A stretch of DNA of 64,000 nt from Octopus vulgaris (GCA_951406725.2 OX597817.1:10602001-10666000); one strand, 5' to 3'. Shown: positions 1 through 11,662, counted from the stretch's first letter. Program-made: numbers and translations. Notes: a model not told the origin generated them from the letters alone.

Positions 1-1219
1 ACCACTAACGAGAAGATTCAGCAAACTCGAGAGATGATTATGGTGAACCGACGAGTGATCGTCGATGAGGTAGCGCGTTCTCTACAGATGAGTCATGGTT
101 CTGCCAATCAAATCATCCACGATGAGCTCGGCTTCCATAAAGTCTGTGCAAGATGGGTGCCAAGGGAGCTTACTGCAGAGCACAAGCGCCAAACGTCTTG
201 AGGTCTGCTAACATATTTACTCGATCGCTACAATTATGAGGACGAGGAATTTTTTAGCAGAATAGCCACAGGAGATGACACATGGGTCCATCAATATGAG
301 ACAGAATATGGAAGGAAAGCTTCCTGGCTCGCCGGCGACGAAGAAATTCAAGACTAAGCCTTCCGTGGGAAAGGTGATGCACACATATACACATTTATAC
401 TAGTGTATAAATGTGTGTGAGAGGGAGAGAGACAGACAGACAGACAGAGAGTGAGAATGAGATTGAGAGGTAGAGAGAGAGAGAGTTGTCACTTAATATG
501 GTTTCTCCTTCTTCATTCAATGACTTCCAACGAACGAGTATATCTCATTAGTTTCAATGCCGATTTCTTGGAAAATATATCTTAACTCAAAAGGGCCTAT
601 ACTAGAAGACTACCTGGAAAAAGGGTGTACGATCAACGGTGCTTTGGCCAACAAACTGAAGTCAGAAAGTTTTGTTGTTGTATAACAATACACACCAACA
701 CATGGCCGCTCAGACCGTTAAAACCTTTAATCAATTGGGTTTTGAGGTGCTGGAACACCCTACCAACAGCTCAGACCTTTCCCCTGTGGGATGACGTCAG
801 CAGCTGGGGAGCAGACCGGAACTTGGGGCTGACCGGAAGAGGAAGGGCGCAAGAGTGACGCGCGCGCAGGCAGGGTAGCATTGGGTCTTTTCGATCGGGG
901 TAGCCGACTGGGCTGGACGTGTGAGCGCTTCGACAAGACATTCCCCTTCCAACTATCATATCTTTGGACCACTCAAAGATCGTTTACGAGGTCGTCGATT
1001 TCCTACGGATGAAGATGTGATGGAAGCGGTGCATAAATGGTTGCACGGCCAACCGAAAACACTTCTTGGAGGGGCCACGCAAGTTTGTGGACCACTGGAC
1101 CAAGTGCATCGAAAAGGAAGGAGACTGTATAGAAAAATGATGTACTTGTTTGTCCCCTTCTTTTGTGTAAATACATTGAAAAAACAAGAGTGCATATAAT
1201 TTTTGACTCTCACTCGGAT
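1..1219 (+). mobile_element. Decayed mariner (Tc1/mariner) transposon, 3' portion, interrupted by a microsatellite block (~380-585) and a 156-bp insertion
   Basis: Manual translation across frameshifts gives KVCARWVPREL, RIATGDDTWVHQYE, SVGKVM, KVLLLYNNTHQH, LEHPTNSSDL|SPSNYHIFGPLK, matching mariner WVPHEL / TGDETW / HDNARPH / YSPDLAPSD. A right-TIR-like TTTTTGACTCTCACTCG lies near 1200-1217. Confidence 0.92.
785..940. mobile_element. 156-bp GC-rich insertion with TGT...ACA ends and 6-bp TSD (candidate short solo LTR)
   Basis: TTCCCC at 779-784 and 941-946. Removing the insert plus one copy restores the mariner frame D-L-S-P-S-N-Y-H. Confidence 0.7.
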
Positions 1220-1260
1220 ATATGTATAGTGAGAGAGAGACGTCCCTAAGGTGACTAAGG

Positions 1261-1339
1261 GTATTAGTCAGCACCAGTATTGCTAGAAATAAGAGTTGTT
1301 CTGACTTTTATTTCTAGCAATAGTGGAGCTGACTATTAC
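1261..1339. other. 79-nt near-perfect hairpin
   Basis: GTATTAGTCAGCACCAGTATTGCTAGAAATAAGAGTT pairs with GACTTTTATTTCTAGCAATAGTGGAGCTGACTATTAC around a 5-nt loop, with 3 mismatches and 2 G-U pairs. Confidence 0.7.
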
Positions 1340-1447
1340 TGTTAGTAATTTTGTATGCTTATATTTCTATAATAAGTGTGATTTGCTTGTCTATATAGTT
1401 GCATACGGGTGTCACGCGTGTATGCGTATGTAGAGGTTGGTGGGAGC

Positions 1448-1775
1448 ACACACACACACACACACACGCACACACATACACACACACACACACACACGCA
1501 CACACACACACACACAAATATGAATGAGTTGATATTTGTCTGCCAATTTGCGAAAGTATTTGTGCATATGTGTGTGTTTGCACATAGATATATAGATATA
1601 GATGTGTGTATATACGTATATGCACATATATATGCATATATACACACACACATGCACACACCTATACACACACATATACATACATACATACATACATACA
1701 TACATACATACATACATACATACATACATACATACATACATACATACATACATACGTACATACATACGCGCACAC
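1448..1775. repeat. Compound (CA)n/(TA)n/(TACA)n microsatellite
   Basis: Directly visible. Confidence 0.95.
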
Positions 1776-1998
1776 ATACGAGTATCACCAAATCAAATTA
1801 CAGAAAGACGCAGTTGACCTTCACGTTGAGAAAATTCTTAACAAAAAATCGTCATCAAAGACTTTAGCTTCTGCTATTCTTAGTCCACGTCTCCACCATC
1901 GAAAAATGCTAATTTTAGAACTAAAACAAATTCTAGTCACTTTAAACTTGTCAACAGAATTAAGGTCAGAGAAAGTTCAAAACGATAATACCACATAT

Positions 1999-2164
1999 AG
2001 GCGCAGGAGTGGCTGTGTGGTAAGTAGCTTGTTTACCGACCACATGGTTCCGGGTTCAGTCCCACTGCGTGGCACCTTGGGCAAGTGTCTTCTACTATAG
2101 CCTCGGGCCGACCAAAGCCTTGTGAGTGGATTTGGTAGACGGAAACTGAAAGAAGCATGTCGTA

Positions 2165-2205
<41 letters not shown>

Positions 2206-2430
2206 ATGTGTTTGTGTGTCTGTGTTTGTCCCCCTAGCATTGCTTGACAACCGATGCTGGTGTGTTTATGTCCCCGTTACTTAGCGGTTCGGCAAAAAGA
2301 GACCGATCGAATAAGTACTGGGCTTACAAAAGAATAAGTCCCTGGGTCGAGTTGCTCCATTAAAGGCAGTGCTCCAGCATGGCCGCAGTCAAATGACTGA
2401 AACAAGTAAAAGAGTAAAGAGTAAAGAGTA
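1999..2430 (+). mobile_element. tRNA-derived SINE family A, full length
   Basis: Head GGCGCAGGAGTGGCTGTGTGGTAAG (A-box-like) ... GGTTCAGTCCC (B-box-like), internal (TA)n(TG)n, tail GGCCGCAGTCAAATGACTGAAAC(AAGAGTA)n. More than 10 copies in the window. Confidence 0.93.
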
Positions 2431-2827
2431 TATAAAATTACTCCAGCTTAATTACTTTTGATAGAGTTCTGTTCGAATCTTCAGAAAAGTTAGATAATTC
2501 GGATAGAGTCATCGTTTCCTCTTCGATTCTTTCTACTTATGATGGAGTATCTATGCGTGTAATTAGAATTCTTCTGCCAAGTTATTTTCTAGTTGTCTCT
2601 AAGCCTGAACCGTAGCTGGACACGAAGTGTTTCCGTAAACGACTTTCCACTGCTCAGTGACACCTAAGCAAAAATATTTGAGCTGATCAAGATATATATA
2701 AAAGGGTTTCGAAATCTACAATGTATGTTGCCTGAAGACTGGAAACGAGAAAATCCGAGTTGTGACTGACTAGATTCAACTATGAATAAGCCGTCAGGTG
2801 AAACTTCAAATCCTAGTCGACAAGAAA

Positions 2828-3218
2828 TCTTTATATATAAAAGAGAGGTTGTGTGCTGTCTGTCTCCTACGATTTAGATTCCTAACTACTCCCACATTTT
2901 GCGGTGCAGTTTAACCAAAACCGGGTATCTTATAGTCGTGATTCATATCGAGCCCTTCTGGGTATTAGAGCGCATCTACGATGAGTCTACGATTTAAAAA
3001 AAAATTACCATAATTTTTTTTCCATTTTAATGCATTTTTTCCGCTATTATATAAGGGAAGTAACTCTCTAAAAATGTCTACGATGAGTCAACGATTTTAA
3101 AAAAAATTTACCATAATTTTTTTTCCATTTTTTTGCTATTTTTTGGCTATAACTCTCTAAAAATGCTTATATAGTTATTTCCCTTACAAACCCGAGCAAC
3201 GCCGGGCGATACTGCTAG
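2828..3218 (+). mobile_element. Non-autonomous Helitron, family H1
   Basis: A|TC 5' end, 3' hairpin CCCGAGCAACGCCGGG, CTAG|T 3' end, no TSD. Near-identical copies elsewhere in the window. Confidence 0.9.
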
Positions 3219-3329
3219 TTAATAATAAAGTTGACTCAACTCAAAGTATTGAGTCGCGCCAAGAGTAAATTTTTCTGTTATTTTACATATTTATCTCAAT
3301 ATTTATATATTAATATTTTCATTCGTTTA

Positions 3330-3640
3330 TAGTTAGTTAGTTAGTTAATTTTTTGGCTCAAAAAGCAAAAAAGCAATGCCATGTAGGGGGACATGGAGTT
3401 ATGTACAGGGTGGTGCTCATGTAAAGAGTTCAGGCCACTAGTGGTCAAGGGAGACTTTGAACCGAGCGGTCGTCGGCATCTTCACTATCTCGTCCGGCAG
3501 CTTATTCCACGGATCCACAACCCGGACGGAGAAAGCTCCTCTCCTTCGATTGAGATGAAATCGTCGCAGATAGAGCTTTTCGGAGTGACCCCGCAGCCGA
3601 CGCTCTGGAGCAGGAGTGAAGAACAGCTCTTTCGAGAGGT
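3330..3640 (-). mobile_element. 5'-truncated CR1-clade LINE 3' end with (CTAA)n tail
   Basis: Minus ORF reads RGHSEKLYLRRFHLNRRRGAFSVRVVDPWNKLP...FKVSLD, a typical CR1 ORF2 C-terminus. Second copy at 13024. Confidence 0.85.
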
Positions 3641-3764
3641 TACACGTCATTTTTTGATAAGTTGCCAGTATATGCACTGTTATGTAAATTGAATTTACCA
3701 GTTTTACAGATTCTTAGTTTGTGCCTATAAATGTGTGCGCGCGCGCGTGTAAGTGTGTGTGTGT

Positions 3765-4085
3765 AGCTGTAGGTGTGGCTGTGTAGTAAAATATGCTTCC
3801 AAACATGGTTCAGGGATCAGTCCCACTGCGTGGCACCTACCACTCTATTTCTAGGCCGATCAAAGCCTTGTGAGTGGATTTGTTAGATGCATCGTATGTA
3901 TATATAGGTGTGTGTGTGTTTGTCTCTCACCAGCTCTCACAACCGGTATTGGTTCGCTTACACCCACGGCATAAGAGAGAGAGATTTACAAAAAGCATTT
4001 ACTGGGGCCGTTCCATTCGACTAAAATCCTTCAAGGCGGTTCTCCAACGTAGCTGCATTCTACTGACTGAAACAAGTAACAGATA
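3765..4085 (+). mobile_element. Degenerate SINE A
   Basis: Diverged match to the SINE A head, body and tail. Confidence 0.7.
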
Positions 4086-4228
4086 GCACATGCATACATA
4101 CATACATACATACATACATACATACATACATACACATATTAAATATATTAAATTTATTAAATTTAGCAAGTGTGTGTGTGAGCATTTGTGTGTGTATGCA
4201 CACACACACACACACAGAAACATGCATA

Positions 4229-4809
4229 TCTATATATATCAAACTGAGAATGTGTGTCTGTCTGTATATATGTGTGTGAATTCCTAAAACTCGAGAAGTA
4301 CCAAACCGATTTCATTCAAATTTTACACATGCATTACTTAGGGTCCATAGAGTGTCGTGGGCCAAAAGAATTTTCAACTTCTTGCCTAATGCGGGCCAGG
4401 GGCAATCTTTTAGATTGGTTCGGTATCACGTGTCAAAAGTGAAAAAATAAGATCTATATTGTTAATGCGATATAATATTGTTTCACTTTTATTCTTTCAC
4501 TTTTCATTCTAATGTGATAATATTCAGATCATCTCATCTTATTTTTAATATATATTTGAAATAAATGAATAATTTATATCCTAATGTGAACAACATTACG
4601 CATCGGCAACTTTCCGTCTTAGCGGCCATGGCAGCGGAATTGTGTGTGTCAGTATGTGTGTTGACTGACATAACGAACGGCTGGAGGTGAAAATCTTGAC
4701 AAAAAACAATGAGGTGTGACAGGTCCAAGGTATATAAAAATACACATTTAACGTTCAATTACCAGTTAATAGTTATCGCGGCAGTTGCAAGGCTGCGAGT
4801 TATTTACAG
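4229..4809 (+). mobile_element. Non-autonomous Helitron, family H2 (degenerate 3' end)
   Basis: A|TCTATATATATCAAACTGAGAATGTGTGTCTG 5' end shared with the 26443-28012 element. Hairpin TCGCGGC...GCTGCGA near the 3' end. Confidence 0.65.
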
Positions 4810-4829
4810 TTAAATATTAACCCTTAAAT

Positions 4830-5251
4830 GGGCGCAGGAGTGGCTGTGTGGTAAGTAGCTTGCTAACCAGCCACATTGTTCCGGGTTCAGTCCCACTGCG
4901 TGACATCTTGGGCAAGTGTCTTCTACTATAGTCTCGGGCCGACCAAAGCCTTGTGAGTGGATTTGGTAGACGGAAACTGAAAGAAGCCCGTCGTATATAT
5001 GTATATATATATATGTGTGTGCGTGTATGCGTGTGTGTTTGTGTGTCTGTGTTTGTCCCCCTAGCATTGCTTGACAACCGATGCTGGTGTGTTTAAGTCA
5101 CCGTCACCTAGCGGTTCGGCAAAAGAGACCGATAGAATAAGTACTGGGCTTACAAAGAATAAGTCCCGGGGTCGATTTGCTCGACTAAAGGCGGTGCTCC
5201 AGCATGGCCGCGGTCAAATGACTGAAACAAGTAAAAGAGTAAAAAGAGTAA
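4830..5251 (+). mobile_element. SINE A, full length
   Basis: Near-identical to 1999-2430. Confidence 0.93.
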
Positions 5252-5289
5252 ATTAACATTTGATACATGTGCTGGATATATTTTTCCTT

Positions 5290-5670
5290 TTTTTTTTCAT
5301 TTTATCTAGTTTCAGCTCACGAGCTGTGGCCATGCTGGGGCACCGCCATTCGGTGTTGCTACATGATTTTACTTCACGAATGCTTTTTAGCAACTGACAT
5401 TTGGTGCATGAGAGAGTTTGACGCAGCTGCCCTCATTTGCACCTCCTGCCGTGAAGTTGGTTCATCTGGGACACCTGACAGGAAGAGGTCCAGCTTTATT
5501 TTAAAGACATCTGCATCCACCCCATGCAGGTCTCTCAGGTCCTTCGGGAGGATATTGAAGAGCTGTGGACCTCTGAAGCCCAGGCTATCACAGTATCTTG
5601 TCCTACATCTTGATGGCATATTTGGAGTCCTTGGCACTATGCAGTGGCACCCAGTTCTAGTATTTGTGTA
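5290..5670 (-). mobile_element. 5'-truncated CR1-clade LINE 3' end whose tail resembles the SINE A tail
   Basis: Minus ORF RYCDSLGFRGPQLFNILPKDLRDLHGVDADVFKIKLDLFLSGVPDEP. 3' end GGCGGTGCCCCAGCATGGCCACAGCTCGTGAGCTGAAACTAG. Confidence 0.85.
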
Positions 5671-5761
5671 GTATTTGTCTAGTATTAAGAAATTTATCTA
5701 TAATAATTATGTAGCTCTTACCGTTTATTAGCAGTTCGTACACGTGCTTCTATTTGGTTAA

Positions 5762-6065
5762 TCTTTATATATAAAACTGTAGTTGTGTGTGTGTCTGTCT
5801 ACTTCGATTTAGATTCCTAACTACTCCCACATTTTGCGGTGCAGTTTAATCAAAAGCGGGTATCTTATAGTCGTGATTCATATCGAGCCCTTCTGGGTAT
5901 TAGCGCGCGTCTACGATGAGTCTACGATTTAAAAAAAACATTACCATCATTTTTCCGCATTTTTAATTCATTTTTGCTCGATTTATATAAGGGAAGTAAC
6001 TCTCTAAATATGCTTATATAGTTATTTCCCTTACAAACCCGAGCAACGCCGGGTGATACTGCTAG
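5762..6065 (+). mobile_element. Helitron H1, shorter variant
   Basis: A|TC...CCCGAGCAACGCCGGG...CTAG|T; lacks one internal duplicated unit relative to the 2828 copy. Confidence 0.9.
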
Positions 6066-6329
6066 TTTACTTATATTTGTTTCATTTACACTGCATACAA
6101 AAATAACGACATACAATGCTTATAAAAATAGAGATTAATGTATAATTTTTAAAACTCACTTTTATTTATGCTTATCAGATTTAGTATGTGTTAAAAGTGT
6201 ATAAATTTTGAATTTTGTTTATAATTTTATAATTTTTATAATTTTATTTTCTTTCCTGTTGGACCCCCCTCTTCTTTGTCCACGACAGTTTTTATTTTCT
6301 TTTTCAATTTGGCAGTAATCATTTCCTCT

Positions 6330-6490
6330 ATCTGCATCCTCAAGATGGAGCAATCGTTTATCTGAACTTAAAGAACTCATTCAGTTAGCAGTGCAGAAGC
6401 TAACTCCAGAAATGCTTCAAAATGTGTTTCACGACGCTAAGGAGAGATTTGAAGTATACAAGGATTCAGAAATGTTGAAAATTTTCAATA
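6330..6490 (+). mobile_element. Tc1/mariner-superfamily transposase C-terminal remnant
   Basis: Translates LSELKELIQLAVQKLTPEMLQNVFHDAKERFEVYKD, resembling the C-terminal helices of Tc1-like transposases. Confidence 0.5.
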
Positions 6491-6512
6491 AAAGATTTAC
6501 GTAAGATTTATA

Positions 6513-6742
6513 AATCTCTTTTACTCATTTACTCTTTTACTTGTTTCAGTCATTTGACTGCGGCCATGCTGGAGCACCACATTTAATCGAGCAACTCGAC
6601 CCCGGGACTTATTCTTTGTAAGCCCAGTACTTATTCTATCAGTCTCTTTTGCCGAACCGCTAAGTTACGGGGACATAAACACACCAGCATCGGTTGTCAA
6701 GCGATGTTGGAGGGGACAAACACAGACACACAAACACACACG

Positions 6743-6745
<3 letters not shown>
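6513..6745 (-). mobile_element. SINE A, 3' half
   Basis: Reverse complement of the SINE A 3' half. Confidence 0.88.
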
Positions 6746-6781
<36 letters not shown>

Positions 6782-6844
6782 TGGTATCATAATTAAGTGA
6801 TAAGCATAAAACTGTTAGTTTTTTTTTCTAAATTTGCTGAATTT

Positions 6845-6964
6845 CATGGTTCCGGGTTCAGTCCTACTGCGTGGCACCTTGGGCAAGTGTCTTCTGCTAT
6901 AGCCTCGGGCCGACCAATGCCTTGTGAGTGGATTTGGTAGACGGAACCTGAAAGAAGCCTGTCG

Positions 6965-6995
<31 letters not shown>

Positions 6996-7180
6996 TTGTG
7001 TGTCTGTGTTTGTCCCCTTAGCATTGCTTGACAACCGATGCTGGTGTGTTTACGTCCCCGTCACTTAGCGGTTCGGCAAAAAGAGACCGATAGAATAAGT
7101 ACTGGGCTTACAAAGAATAAAGGCGGTGCTCCAGCATGGCCGCAGTCAACTGACTGAAACAAGTAAAAGAGTAAAAGAAT
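6845..7180 (+). mobile_element. SINE A, 5'-truncated
   Basis: Matches SINE A from CATGGTTCCGGG to the tail. Confidence 0.88.
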
Positions 7181-7253
7181 ATACTGTTAAGCGTAAAGCT
7201 TGGTCAAGCTGAAATCAAATAATTAGAATAGCACAAAGCAGCGTTGAATACAT

Positions 7254-7286
<33 letters not shown>

Positions 7287-7498
7287 TATAAGCATAGATG
7301 TATGAGCGAGAGGGTGAGTGAGAGAGAGAGAAAGAGAAAGAGAGAAATAGATAGAAAGGTATATGGTGTTAACTGCACGTCCTTACAACGTAATTCCTAC
7401 GTGTTAAATATAAAAGTTTTCTTTCCATTTTTTTTGTCAATCATATTTTCCTTATCACTGTAACACAACTTTTCTTTGTTTTCTCACTGACAACCAAT

Positions 7499-7881
7499 GG
7501 ATGGATGGAAGCACTCCGTCGGTTACGACGACGAGGGTTCCGGTTGATCCGAATCAACGGAACAGCCTGCTCGTGAAATTAACGTGTAAGTGGCTGAGCA
7601 CTCCACAGACACGTGTACCCTTAACGTAGTTCTCGGGGATATTCAACGAGAGTGACAAGGCCGGCCCTTTGAAATACAGGTACAACAGAAACAGGAAGTA
7701 AGAGTGAGAGAAAGTTGTGGTGAAAGAGTACAGCAGGGATCACCACCATCCCTGCCGGAGCCTCGTGGAGCTTTTAGGTGTTTTCGCTCCAATAAACACT
7801 CACAACGCCCGGTCTGGGAATCGAAACCGCGATCCTGCGACCGCGAGTCCGCTACCCTAACCACTGGGCCATTGCACCTCC
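7499..7881 (-). mobile_element. tRNA-derived SINE family C
   Basis: Head GGAGGTGCAATGGCCCAGTGGTTAGGG...GGTTTCGATTCCC, tail GTCGTAACCGACGGAGTGCTTCCA. TSD TGACAACCAAT. Confidence 0.92.
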
Positions 7882-8639
7882 ACTTGACAACCAATACCAT
7901 GCTTTGGAATATAAAATTTTAAAACCCTCAAATCAAAATACTCAACTTTTAATAATTTTGTCATCCTTAATCCAATTCAAGGAGACAGAGAATACAGAAG
8001 AGAAAATACGCATTTTTAACAAGCATCTTCAGAGGACCTTAACCTACTTACCGCCTTTCAAGAACAACACTATTCTGTTCTTTTTGGTTAACAAGCTGTC
8101 AGTAAACACGCCATTCCTACAAAACTTCTTTTCAGCAGACAAGCGACAAGTCTTAGAAGTTCTTCGCTTTAAAATATGCAATAAACAAACGAAACTACTT
8201 GTTTTCTTTTTTCAACATATTACGCCTATTAGGGTCGTTTTTCTTGGTTTTTTATGTGTGACTCTTTCAAACAAGACGAACTTTATGTTACCTTCTATAG
8301 AGCTTCTAAATATCTTTATTTAAATAGTGGCAACGTTTGGAGAGAGAAAACAGGCGTGGGTAGAAATAATTATTACACAAGAGTGACAAAGAGTAGTACT
8401 AAATATCTTATGAAACTGAACACAGACTGATCTTTCTACCAAATATTTTCTAACGTAATTGCGGTTAACGTAAAACTCAATGTATTATACGTACGTATAT
8501 TTTTTTGTTTTCTACAAAGATGAAGATTAAAATTATGTGTATACCGTATTCGGAAAAATTCAAAAAGAAAAATTTATAGGCCTAAGAATTTGTAGGTCAT
8601 ATGCCTAAGAATAGTTCATGCTAATATCTTGAATGAGAA

Positions 8640-9027
8640 AGGAAGCGAACTGGCGAAATCGTTAGTACGCCGGGCGAATTGCTTAGTGGCATTTCGTCTG
8701 CCGCTACGTTCTGAGTTCAAATTCCGCCGAGGTCGACTTTGCCTTTCATCCTTTCGGGGTCGATTAAATAAGTACCAGTTACGCACTGGGGTCGATATAA
8801 TCGACATAATCCGTTTGTCTGTCCTTGTTTGTCCTCTCTGTGTTTAACCCCTTGTGGGTAGTAAAGAAAAAGGCATTTCGTCTGTCTTTATGTTCTGAGT
8901 TCAAATTCCGCTGAGGTCGACTTTGCCTTTCCTCCTGTCGGATGAAAGTACCAGTTGAGCACCGGGTCGACATAATCGGCTCACTCCTTCCTTGAAATTG
9001 CTGGCTTTGTGCCAAAATTTGAAATCA
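8640..9027 (+). mobile_element. Nested SINE B: a Tx1-tailed copy inserted within an old-tail SINE B
   Basis: Head TGGCGAAATCGTTAG, B-box GTTCAAATTCC. GGCATTTCGTCTG is duplicated at 8688-8700 and 8872-8884 around body+tail2. Confidence 0.85.
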
Positions 9028-9149
9028 CTATTTTGAATGAGAATCTTTTGTTAAAGGATTTTGATATGAAGGTCAATAATGACTTTGTATATAATAGCTC
9101 AGTGAGATGCATATATGTATGGATGCGTGGGCATGGGTGTATATGTGCA

Positions 9150-9222
9150 TACACAAGTGATATATACACATGTACACAAGTGATGTATACACATGTACAC
9201 AAGTGATATATACACATGTACA
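9150..9222. repeat. 23-bp minisatellite, about 3 units (ACACAAGTGATATATACACATGT)
   Basis: Directly visible tandem units. Confidence 0.8.
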
Positions 9223-9852
9223 TATATAGCATATAAGAAATTTTCCTCCACTCGTTTTTATAGAGAAAAAATACAATGTCATAAAACTTTGCTTTATTAG
9301 ATTAATCTTTTATTATATATCAATACATTTTATATAAAATGAATTATTGAAGACTAATATTTAGGATTATAGCTGTTGTGCAGCACAACATACTAAACAT
9401 GGCATTATAAAATGTTTTGAGACAACTTAGGCCCCCCAAAATCTAGATGCAATTTATACACAACAGAATAGTATGAATAGATTTTTATTGCATACTGGCC
9501 TTGCTATTTTACTGGTCTTTTTATTTTATAGAACTCGTAGTGCCCAAACGAAAAGAGAAGCAAAACTGACTGCGGTAAAATATAAAGTCAGATCTCAGAG
9601 AAAGAAAAGCAATCAAATACCGAAAAACATTTTCGTCGTCATTTTACGAGTTCGATTGATCTGATAGAAACAGCAGGTAAATTTCTTTCAAACCGCATAT
9701 AGCTATGTTAAAAACTGGGAACATTATATAAAGTAGTTCGATGTACGTTGTATCTGAAAATACGTTATTTCTGAATGATCGAAACAGAATTGCTCGAACA
9801 GAGATGAGCTGGGATTAAACAACAACAGAAATTATAATACATTATTTACATT

Positions 9853-10263
9853 CTTTTATTCTTTTACTTGTTTCAGTCATTTGACTGCGGCCATGCTGGA
9901 GCACCGCCTTTAATCGAGCAACTCAACCCAGGGACTTATTCTTTTGTAAGCCCAGTACTTATTCTATTGGTCTCTTTTGCCGAACCTCTAAGTAACGGAG
10001 ACATAAACACACCAGCATCGGTTGTAAAGCAATGCTAGGGGGACAAACACAGACACACAAATACACACACGCATATACGCATATATATATATACATATAT
10101 ACGACGGGCTTCTTTCAGTTTCCGTCTACCAAATCCACTCACAAGGCTTTGGTCGGCCCGAGGCTATAGTTGAGACACTTGCCCAAGGTGCCACTCAGTG
10201 GGACTGAACCCGGAACCATGTGGCTGGTAAACAAGCTACTTACCACACAGCCACTCCTGCGCC
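9853..10263 (-). mobile_element. SINE A, full length
   Basis: TSD TTATTTACATT on both sides. Confidence 0.93.
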
Positions 10264-10932
10264 TTATTTACATTTGACGGATATTTGCAGTCACTAAGTA
10301 ATTGTATGATATTTACGTTGGTTGGAACAGAGAATAAATAATTCAGATATAAGCACTCATACGAAAAACTAAACTTAAATTCATATTGATGTGTTTAATG
10401 TTGGGAGCATCAAATATCAGTCAAAGACTATCATTATTTCAATTACAATTCATTAAGATACAACTAATAACCGTGTGTAATTAGCAATCAACAACCAAGT
10501 GGAATTAAATCCGTTTCTGTTGAGTTGTGATCATTCTTGATTTTATCTACTTGCTCTACTTGCTAAAGAGGCGCTTGGAAACAGATCAAACAAATTGCTA
10601 TAATGCACAAACTAATGGACTTTTGTAAATGTTCGTTGAATAAAAATAAATTCCAGTGAGTTGATTTACCGTTAAATATGAAAGAATGTTAAACTATTAA
10701 TATTAATTTCACGAACTCAGAAGGAATTCATTACGCACTTACACGATCTACGAGATATAATAGTTAATTCTTCCTAAAATTGCATCCTAAAAAACCCCAC
10801 AAGAATGATATATTGTTGGCTCTCTCATCGATGAATTTATATACCAAACCTCTTTCAATGTCAGAGGACCCAAACCAAGATTGGCCAAATATACCAGGGG
10901 CATGCGTCTACATTTTCAACTTAAATATATAA

Positions 10933-11316
10933 TGGAAGCACTCCGTCGGTTACGACGACGAGGGTTCCGGTTGATCCGAATCAACGGAACAGCCTGCTCG
11001 TGAAATTAACGTGTAAGTGGCTGAGCACTCCACAGACACGTGTACCCTTAACGTAATTCTCGGGGATATTCAGCGTGACACAAAGAGTGACAAGGCCGGC
11101 CCCTTGAAATACAGGTACAACAGAAACAGGAAGTAAGAGTGAGAGAAAGTTTTTGGTGAAAGAGTACAGCAGGGATCACCACCATCCCCTGCCGGAGCCT
11201 CGTGGAGCTTTAGGTGTTTTCGCTCAATAAACACTCACAACGCCCGGTCTGGGAATCGAAACCGCGATCCTATGACCGCGAGTCCGCTGCCCTAACCACT
11301 GGGCCATTGCGCCTCC
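10933..11316 (-). mobile_element. SINE C, full length
   Basis: 14-bp TSD ACTTAAATATATAA (10919-10932 / 11317-11330). Confidence 0.94.
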
Positions 11317-11520
11317 ACTTAAATATATAAACACATTAGCAGAAACGAGTAGAAACACCGACTTTCGGGAGGTTTTCTACGAGGCGCTGCTGTTTGCTTT
11401 CAAACCACATGGTTCTGGGTGCAGTCCCACAGCGCATCCTTTGGACAAGTATCTTTTACTGTAGCCTCGGACCGAATATCAGTTTCTGCAACATGATAAT
11501 TTACAGAGTGGGCTTGTTAC

Positions 11521-11662
11521 CTCCATATCCAACTCAGAACCTGGAGGACCAGGTGCAGCTTTTCGTTTGACTTCCACCCTGAAAGTGACTTCGTTGAACC
11601 TTTTGAATCTATGTCAACTGCCAGTTTAGCCTTCCGAATTTTGGAGCCACAGAAACATACTT
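11521..11662 (-). other. Candidate spliced exon (142 bp) of an unidentified host transcript
   Basis: Minus-strand acceptor TTCTTTCCTTTGTATTGCTACCTTGCAG| and donor GAG|GTAACA in unique, relatively GC-richer DNA. One frame is open, and another ends ATG GAG|GT. Confidence 0.35.

Noticed and set aside
1342-2100. Long low-complexity ORFs ([16 protein letters not shown]) here and throughout, e.g. 18694-19153, 25943-26593, 54913-55155
   Set aside because: They are translations of microsatellites that lack stop codons, not genes.
1977-2240. Recurrent ORF ...[22 protein letters not shown]... in many places
   Set aside because: It is the antisense reading of SINE A; recurrence reflects SINE copy number.
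2820-2828. Same ACAAGAAA upstream of Helitrons at 2828 and 20751 as extended target specificity
   Set aside because: The other four Helitrons do not share it, and A-rich matches are likely by chance.
7904-8323. 139-aa plus-strand ORF
   Set aside because: Non-ATG start, AT-rich composition and no recognisable domain.
9150-9222. Short regular repeats as a CRISPR-like array
   Set aside because: Head-to-tail minisatellite with no spacers, in eukaryotic context.
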